Positions 40,552 through 50,457 of a stretch of DNA of 64,000 bases are shown here, one piece after another. This DNA comes from Terriglobia bacterium (GTDB taxonomy: Bacteria > Acidobacteriota > Terriglobia > 20CM-2-55-15): positions 32,001-96,000 of the forward strand of contig CBDCLE010000017.1 of NCBI GenBank assembly GCA_965218585.1. Direction: 5' to 3'. Under the pieces are notes generated by a model. The model saw only the letters and a program-made list of their open reading frames with translations, was not told the origin of the DNA and made no database searches. The translations under genes were made by a program, and so were the position numbers. Position 1 is the stretch's first letter, and each line of letters starts with the position of its first letter.

Positions 40552-41784
40552 TTACTGCGTAAAGGGCGGCACACTTGTGAATATTGAAAAATCGTTTAGG
40601 AAACGCAAGGCCACCACTGTCAAAGCGACATCGCTGAAAATCTGCATCGTGCCGCTGAGATCAGTCGTATTGCTGAACAACTGGAATACGAACTGAGACA
40701 TGTGGTTCAGGGGGGCCAGCGTCGTTGTTGTCATGTCGATGGTCTGACCCTCAGCGTTGAGCAGCGTAAACGTGATGCTCGCCGTTTGACTCTCGGACGG
40801 GTTCGCATACGCGAACGCGGTCAGAAATCCTGCCTCGTCCACGAAAATGGACTGCGACGTGGCCGTAGAGGACGGGTCGACGCCAGCCTTAGCAATCAGA
40901 GTCGAACCGGAGAACTGGGAAAAGATAGCGCTGCCCGTCACTGCGATATCGGACGCCACCTTGGCGAAGCCCACGCCAATCGCACCCGAGGCGGCTGTTG
41001 AAACCAGTCGTCGACTTTTCCCACCCCCAAGCTCGAAGCTGATGGTTCCCGAAAACTGCTGGCCGGTGTTGTCGAGGAAGGCCGGCACGATCGTGTTGCC
41101 TTCCGAATCCCCAAAATCGTTAAACGTGATTGTAACGTTGGCAGTAGTGCTCGTCGCCCCCGGGTTCGTTATGAACAGCGTGGTCTTGAAACCACCACCG
41201 TCTGCAACATGAGGAAAGTAAAAGATCTCGTTCTGCGTGATCGTCGTGGCAGCAGAAACCGTGGTCTCGGCTGAATAAATGAAATCCCCCGATGACGCGA
41301 AGTTCCCATTGGCCGCGTTGCCGGCAACGTTGAAGCGAACATCTCCTGTGGAACTGCTCGAAGGAGATGTCCAGTCAAAGGAAAATGCAGCGGTATTGGT
41401 ACCGGCTTTGGCAAAGGAATGCTCGATACCGCCCGGCGTTCCCAGATCAAGCTGGGTTCCACTACCAGCGGTAAAGGTTCCCGCATCCGCCCCGCCTGAA
41501 TCAACAGCGGTCATCTGAAAGCCAAACAGGCTCTGACCCACGTGCATAACGGTAACGGTCAGTGGATAGGTCGTGCCAGGACTCCACTCCGAGGGCAACC
41601 CTCCGATCGTCACAGCTCCCGACCCAACGTTGACTGGCAGATCGTTATGGCACCCAAACGTGCTGCACGTGACGCCGTTCACCCCCGAACGATTCGACTC
41701 TGGACCAAGGGAATTACCCCATACAATTGCCGCCCAGGCGAGCAAGAGAACTGAAGCGAAAAACGACAGTCGATTCAGAGACAC
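40552..41784 (-). CDS. Secreted Reeler-like (choice-of-anchor V type) protein with C-terminal beta domains
   Basis: Signal peptide, TCSTFGCH, FGFQMTA, FDWTSP and GNAANGN...GDFIY, then FPHVADGGGFKTTL. Confidence 0.65.
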   Translation of the reverse strand: MSLNRLSFFASVLLLAWAAIVWGNSLGPESNRSGVNGVTCSTFGCHNDLPVNVGSGAVTIGGLPSEWSPGTTYPLTVTVMHVGQSLFGFQMTAVDSGGADAGTFTAGSGTQLDLGTPGGIEHSFAKAGTNTAAFSFDWTSPSSSSTGDVRFNVAGNAANGNFASSGDFIYSAETTVSAATTITQNEIFYFPHVADGGGFKTTLFITNPGATSTTANVTITFNDFGDSEGNTIVPAFLDNTGQQFSGTISFELGGGKSRRLVSTAASGAIGVGFAKVASDIAVTGSAIFSQFSGSTLIAKAGVDPSSTATSQSIFVDEAGFLTAFAYANPSESQTASITFTLLNAEGQTIDMTTTTLAPLNHMSQFVFQLFSNTTDLSGTMQIFSDVALTVVALRFLNDFSIFTSVPPFTQ

Positions 41785-41815
41785 CTTCTGACTTCCTCCA
41801 TGTCCACCAAGAAAT

Positions 41816-43082
41816 CTACTCCAGAACTATATCGAAAGGGCTTCCATCTGTTCCAAAGAAACGCATCGCACCGTCGGCAGCCTGACCGGCGATACCGCTG
41901 AACAGGATCGCCTGTGTGGTCCATCCCCCACCGTCTACCAGATGCGGGAAGAACAGTTCGTTGGTCGTCGTCACGCCGCTTTCATTTGTCGGAGGCGTCG
42001 TTGCCCGACTGAATCGAACCTACAGCGCCCGGCTCACCGACCACCTCGACAGACGTCCTGAAGGCTGTGCCGAGTTCGGCCGGCGATATCGTCGCCTCGG
42101 AAATCGTCTGGAAATCGAGGTCCGCGTTGTCCAGAACAAGTTGGGCAATGGGCGCAACATTCCCTTCGTCCGGTACCAGCCGGAACGAACCGACTTGCGT
42201 GAGGGAAATAAAATCGGTCGCAACGAACTCTCTGAAACCTCTGGGGGCTAACGAGTACGTATGCACCCGTGCGGTGGCTCCGGTCAAAGCAATCGCGGTC
42301 GATTCCCCGAACGGCCTGAATTCCGAACCCTGGCTTATGAAGGCCATCGTGCCGGTAATTTCCTCATCGGTCGGATTGACTATGATCAACCGCGACGACC
42401 AGGGGCCGCCGAAAACGAAATGTGGCAGATACAGGGTGTCCGTCGAAGTCTCGGTGAGGTCCGCGACGGGCATACTGCTGAAGGTGAATTCCCCGGAATC
42501 TCGTAATGATTGTCTCAAAGCAACAACGGACACCGGCAGTGAGGCGGTAAACGTCAGCGCGCCTCGCGTTCCAGTCTCCGCATTGAACGGATCCTCCGAT
42601 ATAAACCGGGACGTCTGCTGGTTAGCCCCGACGGTAAAGGAGCCGGAACCGAAATCAATGTCTTCCCGGCGTGAATCCGAAAAAAAGAAATCGATTTGAA
42701 CATCCTCGGCGTTGGGATTGACGATCGCCAGACCGGTATTGAGAATGTCTTCACTGAACGTGACGAATACGCGGCCTCTCGTCACGAAGGGTGATGCAGC
42801 CACACCGGTCTCGGTCAAGAGCTCACCGGCGGAATTTCTAAACCCGAATATCCCGACGCCCGACGGCGTAGTACTGCCGGCGCCGGGCTGGATCCGTGTA
42901 TACGTCACAGCAGGAACCGGCGCGCTCCCACTGGTTATCAGAGAAACGCCTCCGCGATCCACCATGGTATAGGAACGTTCGGAACTGCCTGACTGCGGCA
43001 TGGGCGCCACCCCCCACAGGAGGGCCCCGCCGCCAAGCAAGGCTATCACTGCCAGTACAACTACTCGATTCACGACCACCAT
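41816..43082 (-). pseudogene. Secreted beta-repeat protein with an internal deletion and frameshift
   Basis: The true C-terminus TTPP...LFFPHLVDGGGWTTQAILFSG...VLE* lies in another frame and ends at 41816; junction about 42004. Confidence 0.65.
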
Positions 43083-43177
43083 CCACTTCCCCCTAACTAC
43101 GCTGCACGATCAAAGAACCTATATTTTTTCATATTCGGTCTAACATCCGCCACACACCATCAAACGAAGCCGGTTCG

Positions 43178-43882
43178 TCAGGGTTTCCGCGTCGGCCGCA
43201 TGACAACTTCACTGATGAAGCTGTTGGCCTCGGCGGCCACCAGCATTCGGACGGCATGGGCCACGTCCCCCGGCTGCAACATGCGTTCTCTGGATTTCCC
43301 CTCCGTTTCCTTGGGCGAAAACGTCGTATTGGTTGAACCCGGACAAAGGACAGACACACGAACCCCGTGTTCACGCACCTCCTGGTAGAGCGCTTCTGAA
43401 AATCCAACGACGCCAAACTTGGACGCACAATAAAGGGCGCGGCCGGCTGATCCAACCTTGCCGGCAATCGAAGCGATGTTGATGATGTGCCCCCGTTCCC
43501 TTTCCTTCATCTGCGGCAGGACGAATCGGCAAGTGAGGAAGAGTCCCTTGAGGTTGGTATCGATGACGCGATCGAAATCGTCCAATACAGACTCGGTCAC
43601 CTCACCGAAGTGGTAGACACCTGCTGAATTCACCAGAACGTCAGCGGGACCCAAATGCCTCTCGGCCTGTTCGAAGGCCTGCTGAACTTCACTCTCAACT
43701 CGCAAGTCCGCAGGAAGGACCATCGAACCCGGCACCTCGGCCGAGGTCTCCTCCAACTCGGATCGCGTGCGCGAAACCAGGACCACGCGCATCCCCAGTC
43801 GGCCCAGTTCGACGGCAACGGCCCTGCCGATCCCTCGGCCCGCGCCTGTCACTATCGCAACTTGATTTTCCAACGAAATCAT
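43178..43882 (-). CDS. SDR family oxidoreductase
   Basis: TGAGRGIG, NSAG and YCASK motifs; start at ATG 43882. Confidence 0.9.
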   Translation of the reverse strand: MISLENQVAIVTGAGRGIGRAVAVELGRLGMRVVLVSRTRSELEETSAEVPGSMVLPADLRVESEVQQAFEQAERHLGPADVLVNSAGVYHFGEVTESVLDDFDRVIDTNLKGLFLTCRFVLPQMKERERGHIINIASIAGKVGSAGRALYCASKFGVVGFSEALYQEVREHGVRVSVLCPGSTNTTFSPKETEGKSRERMLQPGDVAHAVRMLVAAEANSFISEVVMRPTRKP

Positions 43883-43888
43883 AGAACT

Positions 43889-44024
43889 AACCACCGGGGC
43901 GCAGAGACATAGAACACACCGCAAAGACGCTTAGACGCAAAGGACCTTGATTCGATTTCCCCAGCGTTCTTCTTGGCGCCTTTGCGGTGAAAATCCGTCT
44001 CTCTGCCTTCGTGCCTCTGTGGTT
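43889..44024. repeat. Nested inverted-repeat element built from ~8-nt units
   Basis: Inner arms caccgcaaagacgc / gcgcctttgcggtg; outer arms aaccaccggggcgcagag / cttcgtgcctctgtggtt. Confidence 0.65.
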
Positions 44025-44034
44025 CATAGTCTCT

Positions 44035-45816
44035 CTAGTCACCTTGAACCGTTGCGAGCTCCTGCTCCTTGTACTGCAACTGATAGAGTTTGAAATACAG
44101 TCCTCTCTGGGCGAGAAGTTCCTGATGGGAGCCGATCTCCCGGATCCGTCCCGTGTGCATGACGATAATTTTGTCACACCGTTGGATCGTCGACAGCCGG
44201 TGCGCGATGATTATCGACGTCCGTCCACGCATCAGTCGTTCGATCGCCCTTCCGATCTGGCCTTCGGTCTCCGTATCCACGCTTGAGGTCGCCTCGTCCA
44301 AAATCAGGATCTCCGGATCGTGTGCGAGGGCACGAGCAAAAGCGAGGAGCTGTCGCTGTCCAACGGATAAGGTGGTCCCCCGCTCGTTGACGGGGTGTTC
44401 CAGGCCCTTTTCAAGTGAACGGATGAAAGGCCCCAGATTCACGTCTTCGGTTGCCTGTCGAATTTTTTCCGTTGATATGTCGGAACCGAGCCGAATGTTG
44501 GACTCCAGAGTTCCGGAAAACACGAATACATCCTGCAATACAACGGCAAACCGACGGCGCATGTCGTCCAGATCCATAGTTGAAATATCGACACTGTCGA
44601 GCAGGATGCGGCCCTTCTGGATATCGTAGAAACGCGTCAGAAGACTGGTCACGGTTGTCTTCCCCGCACCCGTGTGGCCGACAATCGCAACGGACTCGCT
44701 TTGCCGGACACTGAACGAGAGATCTTTCAGTACCCAATCCTCGTCGTTGTAAGCAAACCAGACATCCTGAAATTCGATCTCTCCTCGAGCTTCGGCGATC
44801 GCGCTTGGTGTGGGAGGAGAAAGAACCGTCGGGGCGGTGTCGAGCAGTCTGAAGATCCGTTCGGAACTGGCCATGGCCGACTGCAGGATGTTGTATTTTT
44901 CACTGAGGTCCGCGATGGGACGAAAAAACCGCTGCGAATACTGAATGAAGGCGATCAGGGCTCCCAGGGTGAGAATACCGGTCAGGACCTGTCCCCCACC
45001 GTACCAGATGATCAGCGCAATCGCTGTCGCGCTCAGAAGTTCGACGATGGGATAGAAGATTGCGTAGGCCATGATGGAATCGAGGTTCGCCTGCAGGTGC
45101 TCACGGTTGATGAGGTCGAACCTCTCGGCGCTCTTGCGCTCACGGTTGTAGAGCTGAACCACGCTCATCCCCGTAATGTGTTCGTGGAGGAAGGCGTTGA
45201 TTTTCGCGATCGCGATCCGGACACGGCGGTAACCGTCTCTCGCCTTCATCCGGAAAATTGCAGTGGTCACGCCGATAAACGGGACGATTGCCAGGACGAT
45301 CAGGCCCAGACGCCAGTCCAGAACCAGCAGCACGATCATGATGCCGGTCAGAGTAAATATGTCTCCAAAAACGGAGACGATACCGGCGGAGAACATTTCA
45401 TTGAGAACATCGACGTCCGTCGTAACGCGCGTGATAAGGCGCCCGACAGGATTGCGATCGAAGAAGCTGTTCGAGAGGCTCTGGATGTGGTTGAAGATCT
45501 GGCGCCTCATATCGAACATGATTCGCTGTCCCGTACTCTGGAGCGTGTAGGTCTGAAGGAAACCAATGCCATACTTCACTACGAGCAGACCAAAGTAAGC
45601 CGAAGCAATCAGCGAGAGCCCACCCATGTTGCCTTGAAGGATGTAGCGATCCACGGCGATCATCGTCAGCCACGGAAAACTGATTTCAATCAGCGACTCC
45701 ACCATGATGAGAAGAAACGCGAACAGCACTATCTTGCGGTACGGCAGAAGGTAGACCATCAGCCGCCGCATGAGCCGGGAGTCGTATGCTTTGCCTAGTA
45801 CTTCTTCTTCCTGCAT
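44035..45816 (-). CDS. Heterodimeric ABC exporter subunit (MdlB-like)
   Basis: TM domain plus NBD (GHTGAGKT, LSVGQRQ, DEATSS). Confidence 0.9.
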   Translation of the reverse strand: MQEEEVLGKAYDSRLMRRLMVYLLPYRKIVLFAFLLIMVESLIEISFPWLTMIAVDRYILQGNMGGLSLIASAYFGLLVVKYGIGFLQTYTLQSTGQRIMFDMRRQIFNHIQSLSNSFFDRNPVGRLITRVTTDVDVLNEMFSAGIVSVFGDIFTLTGIMIVLLVLDWRLGLIVLAIVPFIGVTTAIFRMKARDGYRRVRIAIAKINAFLHEHITGMSVVQLYNRERKSAERFDLINREHLQANLDSIMAYAIFYPIVELLSATAIALIIWYGGGQVLTGILTLGALIAFIQYSQRFFRPIADLSEKYNILQSAMASSERIFRLLDTAPTVLSPPTPSAIAEARGEIEFQDVWFAYNDEDWVLKDLSFSVRQSESVAIVGHTGAGKTTVTSLLTRFYDIQKGRILLDSVDISTMDLDDMRRRFAVVLQDVFVFSGTLESNIRLGSDISTEKIRQATEDVNLGPFIRSLEKGLEHPVNERGTTLSVGQRQLLAFARALAHDPEILILDEATSSVDTETEGQIGRAIERLMRGRTSIIIAHRLSTIQRCDKIIVMHTGRIREIGSHQELLAQRGLYFKLYQLQYKEQELATVQGD

Positions 45817-45884
45817 CTAACCTGCCGCTCTACTTTCCAGAATAGATCTTGCAATTCCCTGCATCTCATCCGCTTCAAGAAACA

Positions 45885-47642
45885 TCATTCCGCTACGTCC
45901 AGTTCGTCTTCCAGAAGCTGGCGTTGATGGAGTTCGGCGTACTGCCCTTCAAGCGCCAGCAGTTGATCATGAGTACCCCTCTCGACGATCTCCCCGCCGT
46001 CGAGAACTACGATTTCGTCCGCACCCTTGACGGTCGATACGCGATGGCTGATCAGGAGTGAAGTCCGGTCCTGCATCACGGTTCTCAGTTCGTCGAGGAT
46101 CTGCTCTTCGGTATACGTGTCTACGCTCGACAACGCGTCGTCGAGAATGAGAATCCTGGGGTCTCGAACCACGGCCCGGGATATTGCCGTCCGCTGCTTC
46201 TGCCCACCAGACAAGGTGATGCCACGTTCACCAACCAAAGTCTCAAAGCGTTTAGGAAACTGGTCTATATCCTCGTATATGTTAGATATATGAGCTGCCT
46301 TCTCAACCTTAGCCTCAGATACTTCATCCACTCCAAAGGCGATGTTTTCAAAGATTGTCTCGCCGAACAGGAACGTGTCCTGGGGAATGAAACCGATCGA
46401 ACGCCGGAGACGCTCGAGGGGAAACCGCTCTATAGGAATCCCGTCGACAAAGATCGACTTTTCGGGCGCGTTGTACAGGCGCGGGATAAGTTGCGCCAGA
46501 GTGGATTTTCCTGCACCTGTCGAACCCACAATCGCCAGCGTCTTGCCCTGGGGAATGGTCAGGGAAACATCCCGCAGCACGGGCGTGCCGTTGTAAGCAA
46601 AGCTGAGGTTGCGCAGTTCAATTTCTCCCCGGATCTCGTTGTCCACACAGTCGGGCGAGTCTGCGATCTCGGGAACCGCATCGAGTATGTAGTTCAACCG
46701 CCTCATCGACGCCCGACCGCGTTCCAACAGGTTGACCACCCAACCCAACGCGATCATTGGAAAGGCCAGCATGCCCAGGTATACCGTGAACGCGACGAAG
46801 TCTCCCAGGGTGATAATTCCAGAGACGACCTGCCTTCCCCCAAACCAGATGACGGCGACCGTCGCAAATCCAATCGTGAACTGCATCGTGGGGTAGAACA
46901 GACTGGTCACACGGATCAAATCCATGTTCTTGTCCTGCAAGCTATGGTTCAGCCCGTCGAACTCGGCTTTCTCGTGCTCCTCCTGCACGAAGACCTTTAC
47001 GACACGGATCCCGGACAAGCTTTCCTGTACGCGGGCACTGAGGCTGGCCAGGCGCTGCTGCGATTCCTCGCTCAGGACATGGATGCGCGAACCGAATTGG
47101 CGCACACCGTAAGAAATCAGCGGCAGAGGAAGCAACGCCACGAGCGTCAACCTCCAGTCGATACTCAACATCAATCCAATGGCAATCGTCGTGGTGAGGA
47201 CCGTATTCGCCGTGTACATGATTCCGGGACCGAGCAACATACGCACATTACTCAAATCGTTCGTCGCCCGCGACATGAGGTCCCCGGTAAAACTTTTCTG
47301 GAAGAACGAGAGTTCAAGCTTCTCCATGTGCGCGAACACGTCGCTCCGCAGGTGGTACTCGATCCGGCGGGAGACCCCGATCATGAGCCACCTCATGAGA
47401 AACCGGGAGATACCCTGGAAGACGGTCAGTCCGACGATCAGTCCGGCATACAAGAGGAGCCTGTCGCGGGTAATCTCCTCGCTGAGGCTGTCGATGCCAT
47501 ACCGGATGACCCAGGGGTTAGCCAGCGAGAAGGCCGACGTGGCGACGACACAGACCAACCCCGCCATCATCCTGGACTTATATCTTTTGAGATAAACGAT
47601 TAACCGGGATAAAGTACTGGTTTGGGACCTTTCGAGGGGCAT
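45885..47642 (-). CDS. Heterodimeric ABC exporter subunit (MdlA-like)
   Basis: TM domain plus NBD (GSTGAGKS, LSGGQKQR, DDALSS). Confidence 0.9.
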   Translation of the reverse strand: MPLERSQTSTLSRLIVYLKRYKSRMMAGLVCVVATSAFSLANPWVIRYGIDSLSEEITRDRLLLYAGLIVGLTVFQGISRFLMRWLMIGVSRRIEYHLRSDVFAHMEKLELSFFQKSFTGDLMSRATNDLSNVRMLLGPGIMYTANTVLTTTIAIGLMLSIDWRLTLVALLPLPLISYGVRQFGSRIHVLSEESQQRLASLSARVQESLSGIRVVKVFVQEEHEKAEFDGLNHSLQDKNMDLIRVTSLFYPTMQFTIGFATVAVIWFGGRQVVSGIITLGDFVAFTVYLGMLAFPMIALGWVVNLLERGRASMRRLNYILDAVPEIADSPDCVDNEIRGEIELRNLSFAYNGTPVLRDVSLTIPQGKTLAIVGSTGAGKSTLAQLIPRLYNAPEKSIFVDGIPIERFPLERLRRSIGFIPQDTFLFGETIFENIAFGVDEVSEAKVEKAAHISNIYEDIDQFPKRFETLVGERGITLSGGQKQRTAISRAVVRDPRILILDDALSSVDTYTEEQILDELRTVMQDRTSLLISHRVSTVKGADEIVVLDGGEIVERGTHDQLLALEGQYAELHQRQLLEDELDVAE

Positions 47643-47678
47643 CGGCCTACCATTCTACATTTATTGGAGTGGGCTTTT

Positions 47679-47706
47679 AAACCGGGCCCCCGGAAGTGGA
47701 GTCTAA
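47679..47706 (+). promoter_or_regulatory. Possible ECF-sigma autoregulatory promoter
   Basis: AAAC-N18-GTCTAA about 70 bp upstream of the sigma gene start. Confidence 0.4.
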
Positions 47707-47845
47707 AGTTATTGTAGGCGTTCCCGATGGACGCCTGGAGACAGAACCACTGTCATACCAATAAGTTCGGGAATGTCGAGCAAGAAGACCATGGATCAGA
47801 CCGCGATTACTGCCATGCCGGTTTCGACGACGGAAAGGGATGAGG

Positions 47846-49210
47846 GAGGTCGTTCCAATCGGTGTGTAAAAAGAGAAGGCGGTGTACGCTTTCGGTGAAT
47901 CCGAAACCCTAAGCAATCCCGGCAGCAACCGGGAGAAAGGTACACCACCCATGAAGAAGAAGAACATACCGGCATCAGTGGCGTCAACGAACGCGTATGA
48001 AGGTTTGGAGGACTGGGCGCGATCCCGGGTCCAAGTCTGGCTACAGGAGCTGCTCGAGGACGAAGTCACTCAATTTCTGGGTCGGGAAAAGTCGGAGCGG
48101 AGTCCGAATCGACGAGGATACCGGAACGGTCACGGGAAGCCGCGACGCTTCGCAATGATGAACGGTACGATGGAGGTTCGACGACCTCGGGTTCGAAACA
48201 CCGCCGAGCGGTTCGAGAGTCAGATCCTGCCGTATTTTCGACGGAAATCGAAACAGCTGGGCGAGCTACTTCCCGATCTCTACCTCCACGGTCTGGCCAC
48301 AGGGGACTTCGAGCAGGCCATGCGCGGACTGCTTGGCGCTGGCGCTCCGTTGTCGCGAGCATCGATCCAACGACTGAAATCGACCTGGCAGTTGGAGTAT
48401 GACGAGTGGGTCCAGCAGGACCTGTCCGGCCTCGAGGTCGTGTACCAGTGGGCAGACAGCTTGTACGTGAAAGCGGGGATCGCGAAAGAGCGAGCGGCAT
48501 TGCGGGTGATCATCGGAGCCTTGTCAGACGGGCGCAAAGTGGTGTTGGCCTGTGAGAGCGGGCAGCGGGAAAGCAAGGAGTCCTGGAGCCGCATTCTGCG
48601 CAATCTCCAGAGACGGGGCCTGAAGCTGGGACGGCTGACTGTCGCGGACGGTCACCTGGGCATCTGGTCCGCGCTGGCCGAGCAACAGCCCCAGGGCCAG
48701 GAACAACGCTGCTGGAACCACAAGTCGATCAACGTGGTCGATCATCTGCCGAAGACCGAGCAGCCCGCGGCCAGACAGCTGCTCCATGGGATGGCCTTCG
48801 CGAACTCCCGCGCGGCCTGCGAACGAAAGCGGGATCAGTTCGTCCGCCGATATGAGAAGAACTATCCCAAAGCGGGTGAGACGCTGTTGCGGGACTGGGA
48901 CCGGATGATTACTTTCTATGAGTTCCCGAAACAACACTGGGTGCATCTGAGAACAACCAACATCGTCGAATCGCCTTTCGACATGGTTCGCCTCCGTACC
49001 AACGCCGCTCGCCGATTCAAGCGTGTCGAGAATGCAACGGCAATGATCTGGAAGCTACTACGTGTCGCTGAGAAGGCTTGGCGACACTTAAAAGGATCCG
49101 AACTCTTACAAGAGGTCTATGATGGTCAGCAATTCGCTGACGGCATCAGAGTCGTGATGAAATCGAAGGCCGCCGCCTGATGACTTTTACACACCTTTTG
49201 TAATGACCTC
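47846..49210 (+). mobile_element. IS256-family insertion sequence, complete
   Basis: IRL gaggtcgttccaatcggtgtgtaaaa and IRR (rc) gaggtcattacaaaaggtgtgtaaaa match at 22/26; 8-bp TSD GGATGAGG at 47838-47845 and 49211-49218. Confidence 0.93.
47951..49180 (+). CDS. IS256/Mutator-family DDE transposase
   Basis: YRNG, LYLHGLATGDF, WAD, VADG, QRCWNH and RTTNIVES motifs; uninterrupted ORF. Confidence 0.92.
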   Translation: MKKKNIPASVASTNAYEGLEDWARSRVQVWLQELLEDEVTQFLGREKSERSPNRRGYRNGHGKPRRFAMMNGTMEVRRPRVRNTAERFESQILPYFRRKSKQLGELLPDLYLHGLATGDFEQAMRGLLGAGAPLSRASIQRLKSTWQLEYDEWVQQDLSGLEVVYQWADSLYVKAGIAKERAALRVIIGALSDGRKVVLACESGQRESKESWSRILRNLQRRGLKLGRLTVADGHLGIWSALAEQQPQGQEQRCWNHKSINVVDHLPKTEQPAARQLLHGMAFANSRAACERKRDQFVRRYEKNYPKAGETLLRDWDRMITFYEFPKQHWVHLRTTNIVESPFDMVRLRTNAARRFKRVENATAMIWKLLRVAEKAWRHLKGSELLQEVYDGQQFADGIRVVMKSKAAA

Positions 49211-49802
49211 GGATGAGGACAGAGACCTTGTATCCCGATACCTGTCTGGAGATATGATCGCCTTTGACGAGTTGATGACCCGCCACGAAAGGCAGATCTA
49301 CAGACTCTGCTTCCGGTTTGTGAAGAACCCGGAAGACGCCATGGATCTGACTCAGGAAGTCTTCATCAAGGCCTTTGAGAAACTCACTGCTTTCCGGGGG
49401 ATGCCCGGTTCAAAACATGGTTGTATCGCGTTGCGGTCAATCATTGCCTGAACCACGTAAAGAAAAACTCCCGGGAGTTTGTCGAAGTCAACGAAAGTAT
49501 TGGAAGCGTCGGTCCGTCTTCTCATAACAGACTGCTTGAGAGAGAACGGCGCGATATCGTAAAGCAGCTCATGGGGAACCTCCCTCCGAAGCAGAAGGCG
49601 ATTCTCGAGCTGCGAATGAACGACAATCTGAGCTACGAAGAGATTGCAGGCATACTGGGACGATCGGTTTCGACGGTCAAATCCAGCGTCTTCTTCGCGC
49701 TCACCAAGCTCAAGAAGATGGTCGCCCAACAGGCGGCTGCAGGCCAAATGTGATCCAGGCGGTATGAACCAAATAGCAGGGCTATAACACTGGCAGATAA
49801 CA

Positions 49803-50441
49803 ATGCTTAGCTACTTCAAAGGATTCAGGCATCTGAGGGCCAAAGAGTTCATGACCCTTCTCGATGGTCTCGACCTGGGGGGGGATCGCCGAACCCACCT
49901 CCGAGAGTGTGCCAACTGCAGAACGACTCTGGCTTCGATCGCAGAATTGGGGCAGGACATATCGGAATCCGAGGGCGTGGACGCTGATACCACCCACGCG
50001 GCGGTCGCGAATGCGGACTGGGTTCGGCTGCGTTCTTCAGTCAGGGACCGACTGCTTGCACGTGCCGTCAAGCGTGATTCGGTTCTGCAGCGATGGACAG
50101 GGTGGACCGGCCTGCCGACCCCGGTCTGGAGCCTCGCTCTCCTGGCCCTTGTTACCGGGATGGCCGTTGGTGGATTTTGGCAATATCAGACAGTTCAGCT
50201 GACGGATGAAATAACGGAGATTTCGTCGAACGAAGGCGTAAACTTGTCTTCGACCGAGTCCGGCTCCGAGTTCGGGCTGTTTCCCGGGGACGCCGAAATC
50301 ATCGAGGCGGAAGCTCTGGCCTGGTCCCAGACCGAGATCTTCACTTCCCTGAACGAACTGGAATCGGGTGAAGAAGATGTGCTCCGGGAGCTGATTTCCC
50401 TGGCTTTTGCCGAAGCTTCGATCTTTGACGAGTCGAGGTAA
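49803..50441 (+). CDS. Membrane anti-sigma factor (zinc-binding HxxxCxxC)
   Basis: HLRECANC, one TM helix; directly follows the ECF sigma gene. Confidence 0.7.
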   Translation: MLSYFKGFRHLRAKEFMTLLDGLDLGGDRRTHLRECANCRTTLASIAELGQDISESEGVDADTTHAAVANADWVRLRSSVRDRLLARAVKRDSVLQRWTGWTGLPTPVWSLALLALVTGMAVGGFWQYQTVQLTDEITEISSNEGVNLSSTESGSEFGLFPGDAEIIEAEALAWSQTEIFTSLNELESGEEDVLRELISLAFAEASIFDESR

Positions 50442-50457
50442 TAGAAGCCGCGCGACA

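Larger units (their letters stand above)
47773..49753 (+). pseudogene. ECF sigma factor interrupted by IS256 and frameshifted
   Basis: MSSKKTMDQ...TERDE|DRDLVSR reads in frame once the IS is removed; region 2 DLTQEVF; FKTWLYRVAVN needs one extra G at 49396-49400; region 4 SYEEIA...TVKS. Confidence 0.85.

Noticed and set aside
49185-49220. Hybrid outward promoter from TTTACA in the IS256 right IR
   Set aside because: There is no acceptable -10 hexamer at 16-18 bp spacing.
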